From Torpedo marmorata (Eukaryota): a DNA stretch of 64,000 nt. This document shows positions 60,341-64,000 of this stretch, piece after piece (the stretch's first letter is position 1; each line of letters starts with the position of its first letter). The stretch spans positions 38,626,001 to 38,690,000 of the forward strand of contig OZ360232.1 of the NCBI GenBank assembly GCA_977017645.1. Reading direction: 5' to 3'. Below the pieces are notes generated by a model. That model ran no database searches, was not told the origin of the DNA, and saw only the letters and a list, made by a program, of their open reading frames with translations. Made by a program: the position numbers and the translations under genes.

Positions 60341-61726
60341 AAGAAAAGATGAATTTCCTTATTATTTAATTTAATTAATTTTCAGGGCTAGAGTGGTTAT
60401 TAATCAATAATTATCACATACTGCACCATTAAAACTCATTAACGTCTGAATGCAATGGCCCACGTTTTTCAGCTGCTTTCAGAGTAGATAGTTGGCAAAT
60501 TCCTAAATTTATGGCATTACAGCCATTTGAGTTCAAAGTCTGTCTGTATAACTGCCACAGAATACCTTAAAGAGGAGTAGGATATTTCAAGAGAGCAACA
60601 TTGAGAGCTCTGTTTAGCTGCACATGTTTTGGTGTAGGAAGTTGCTGTCTGTTTTATCCTGTGATATCAGCAAGTTTTAATATTATTGTGGTAAAATGCA
60701 AGGCAACTTGTTCTTTTGTCCATGGAACTACAAATACTTAAATGTTTTCATCTCAATCTCCTCTTGTTTTATTGGTGGAGGCAGTCAAGTATTATATTTT
60801 AAACAAGTCACTGTTACTGTCTTTTGTAAAGTAGAACTAAACATGTTAAATTTTTTACATGAATCTCTCACTGTGGGGCCTTTTCAAGGGTTATTCCAAC
60901 AAAGAACAAACAGGATGTAAGATAAGTCTGGCTGCATTCCAAATATTCTTCCTCCTTGATAAATTAGAGAACATGGATCCAATGACATATTGTTAGCAAT
61001 TTAGGAAATCGTAGATGAAAGCAACAGTGAGGCATCAGGCTTTTGTCTTCAACTTTTCGAAGGCAAACTCACCAAATAGTTTCTAAATTTGGGTGTAATT
61101 ATAATCCAAACATCTGTGTGTTATTTTTGGAAATAACTAACTCCACAATGAAGTCCAGGATACGTCAGGATGGCAGCATTCTGCAAGACAAAATAGAAAC
61201 ATGTGTCGCATTTCCTCTTCTTGGGATTTATCTGAATCTCAGCTGGAACAATTTAGGGACCAAACGAGGGATATTCACTCTACATAGTAAGTAGCATAAA
61301 ATTTATTGTTATTTTAGTGAACTCCCCATTACGCCAACATAAGACATAGGAGCAGAAATAGGCCATTCAGCCCACCGAGTCTGCCCCGCCATTCAATCAT
61401 GAGCTGATCCATTTTCCAACTCAGCCCCACTGCCCGGCCTTCTCACCATAACCTTTGATGCCCTGGCTAATCAAGAACCTATCAATCTCTGCCACCTTCT
61501 CTCATTTAATGCAGAGAGCATACAATGTTGGAAATGTAGGTTTCTAGGGCATAAACACTAGCAATGATAGTTTTAGTGGAAAGTATTAGCACTCCCATCA
61601 TGAGAAGGAATGTGGCAATTTGAGTTCAAACATTAGAAATGGTTATTCACGTCTTTTGCACTCTTTGCATAGTTGGTCTATTCAAGAATATCTATTTAAT
61701 CTCTTGGATGAATCTTTCAGAAATAT

Positions 61727-62070
61727 TGGCATTAACATTGACTTCTCTGGTTTCTGTTAGCCTACTCCCCTCTCTTCCTCATCCTTCTGTTTTTCCTTCA
61801 GCTCTCAACCTGCTCCCTCCCCATTCACCGAGCGATCACCCCTCCCCCTGTTTGCTGGTGTGCCCTCCCTCCCTTATCCATCTATTACCTCCTGCCTGTG
61901 GGACCGTGCTTCTCCCCCTATCCCTCTCCCCCTACCATTTTGTTCGGGCGCCTGCCCACATTTTGCTCATACTTTGATGAAGGGCTCAAGCCCGAAACAT
62001 TGGTTATTATCTTTGCTATATAAAGTACACCGTTTGATCTGCTGAGTTTCTCCAGCATTGTGTTTTTTTA
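61727..62070 (+). mobile_element. Penelope-like element 3' fragment
   Basis: ggcattaacattgacttctct...ttgatgaagggctcaagcccgaaac...gctgagtttctccagcattgtg, colinear with 56975-57290. Confidence 0.8.
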
Positions 62071-62214
62071 AATTTCAGAAATACCCCGTTTCCACAGTTA
62101 AAAAAACAAATTTGCACTGTGCTAGAAGGTGGAAGTATAGAAAACATCGTATTCAACCACTAGTCTATAGCAGGACAAAAATAGAAAGCAACTGTGACAG
62201 ACAGTTGGTGACAG

Positions 62215-62620
62215 GTTGCATGGTGGCTCAGCTAGCAGAGCTGCTATCTGTCAGAGCGAGAGATCTAGGTTCAAATCTGACCGCAGGTGGAGTTTGGATC
62301 TTCCCCGTCACCAAGGTAGGGTTCCTCCCAGTGCTCTAGTTTCCTCCCACATCCAAAAGACTTGCGGCTTGGTCGGCTGATTGGCCACCGGAAATTGCCC
62401 TCAAATGTGTTGGTGAGTGGTAGAATCGGGGGAGAAGAAAAACAAATCAGATTAGTGTAGGGTAGTGTTAAATGGGTACACACAGGAGACTGCAGGTGCT
62501 GGAATCTGGAACAACAAGCAATCTGCTGGAGGAATTCAGGTGGCCGATCAGCATCAGTGGGAGAAAAAGAATTGTCAATGTTTGAGGCCAGAAGGGCCTG
62601 CTACCGTGCTGTATGTCTAA
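62215..62620 (+). mobile_element. Divergent V-SINE interrupted by a Penelope-like terminal fragment
   Basis: TGGCTCAGCTAG A box, GGTTCAAATC B box, gtttcctcccacatccaaaagac; insert ~62485-62585; tail gggcctgctaccgtgctgtatgtcta. Confidence 0.65.
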
Positions 62621-63059
62621 AAAGAAACATGCTGAGTGTGCAGAGGGGAGATAGCCAGTGTAATGTAGCCAGTGTAGTGATACATGGATGGTTGGTGGCC
62701 AGTACAATGGGTCAAAGGCCTGTTTCCCTGCTGTACCTTTCTGTCTGTATTTTAATCTGCAGCGACCTTGGCTAATGGCATATGTACATGGAAATGATCA
62801 GTAAAATGGTATTGTATGTGATAGGACGATTTGTCCTTGGGTAAAGATAAGGTCAAATTTATGGGGCATGCTGAAAAGTAAAATATAAATGCAGATGTTA
62901 GTAATCTGAACTGAAAGTGTAAAATGTTAGAAATAATAGATCTGGTGGTGTCTATGGAAGTAAAAAATAAAATTAACATTACATATCACTGAACTTTCAT
63001 CAGACATCTGTCATTGTTTTTTGGTGAGATACATGTCCCTGTGTTGAAGAACAAGAAGA

Positions 63060-63800
63060 TCAGATGGTAAAAATCTGAAATAAAAACAGACAGTGTAGGG
63101 AGTACTCAGTAGGTCAGGCAGCATCTGGGGAGAGAAATGAAGTTAATGTTTCAGAATGACGACCTGCTTCAGAACTGTAAAAGGGGGAGGGATGTAGAGA
63201 ACAAAGTGGATGTCTACAATTGGGTGGAGACATTACACTTGCTTTCAGAGCAAAGAAAGGGAGATGATTGCTTGTCATCATAGTTGATCTGCCTGGTGAA
63301 ATTTGAATAGAGGAAGGTGAATGAGATCATTTGAAGGAGAAAGGAAAAGTATTGCTACAGCTGTGAGAAGTGGAACACAGTAGTTGCTGCAAATCTGAAA
63401 TAAAAGAGGATAATGGAAAAATTCAGCAGGTCAGGTAGCAACTATGGAGAGTGAGATAAAATAAGCTAACAGTAAAAGATCAGAGCTGGCTACATCGAAC
63501 ACTGTGTAAAAAATATTGAACACAATATTAAGTTCCAGGAGCTGCAACAGGCATGAATGGAAGATGAGAGCTGTTTTCCAAGTTTGCACTGGGCTCTGCT
63601 GGAAGGATACAAAAGGCCAAACACCGAGAAGCCAGTGTGGGAGTAGAAGACTCCCACTTTGACCTCTGTCTCTTCAGGCTTCTACACTGTTTTAACAAAG
63701 CCCAATGTAGTCTCAAGAAATAACACCTCATCCTCTATCCACACACATTGCAACTCTGGAATCACTACCATACTCCACAATTTCAGACAACCAACCTTTT
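63060..63800. mobile_element. Old Penelope-like remnants in both orientations
   Basis: Repeated atctgaaataaaa...cagcaggtcaggcagcatc termini and degenerate GIY-YIG C-terminal remnants on both strands (~63530-63590 minus, ~63710-63790 plus). Confidence 0.5.
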
Positions 63801-64000
63801 CTTTCTGTTAGAACTGGTTCTGATATAACTTCTCTCAGCTATATCTGCTTTTCCTCTCTCTATAGATTCTCTTCTATTTCATATTTACAGCAACTGCGTG
63901 TTTTGCATTCCACAGTTCCAGCGTATATATTATTAGCTCTCTGAGGCCATTTATCTCCCTCTCTTCGTACAACTCCAGCTGTAATTATCAAGATTATCAA

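Noticed and set aside
58565-64000. Constant exon 3
   Set aside because: No acceptor followed by recognisable constant-domain sequence was found by eye; probably downstream of the window.
1-64000. Prokaryotic-type systems (CRISPR arrays, retrons, operons)
   Set aside because: The sequence is intron-containing vertebrate DNA; all RT domains are non-LTR retrotransposon type and no repeat-spacer array is present.

Overview
Vertebrate genomic DNA, most likely a cartilaginous fish. This is an inference from the repeat content (V-SINEs, CR1, Rex1, Penelope-like termini) and the protocadherin type. The window holds the 3' end of a clustered protocadherin (Pcdh) subcluster on the + strand. Seven tandem ~2.3-2.5 kb variable exons (V1-V7) each encode a signal peptide, six cadherin repeats, a TM helix and a variable cytoplasmic segment, and end at a phase-0 GT donor. 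Two shared constant exons follow (59 bp at 51165-51223; 218 bp at 58347-58564). Constant exon 3 was not found and is probably beyond the window. Spacers and introns contain CR1 LINEs (one full-length copy nested in a hAT MITE), hAT and piggyBac-type MITEs, V-SINEs, Rex1 and Penelope-like fragments, and a 393-N gap. Most notable observations: (1) all seven variable promoters share a rigidly spaced, helically phased paired-CCAAT module rather than an obvious CGCT/CTCF element; (2) all seven have an out-of-frame upstream ATG exactly 16 nt before the start codon; (3) constant exon 2 carries a 10-unit tetrapeptide repeat expansion; (4) V7 is frameshifted before its homologous donor but has an alternative in-frame donor; (5) a 93%-identical orphan copy of the V7 signal-peptide sequence lies between V5 and V6. 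No searches were run, so subcluster identity and novelty are untested.
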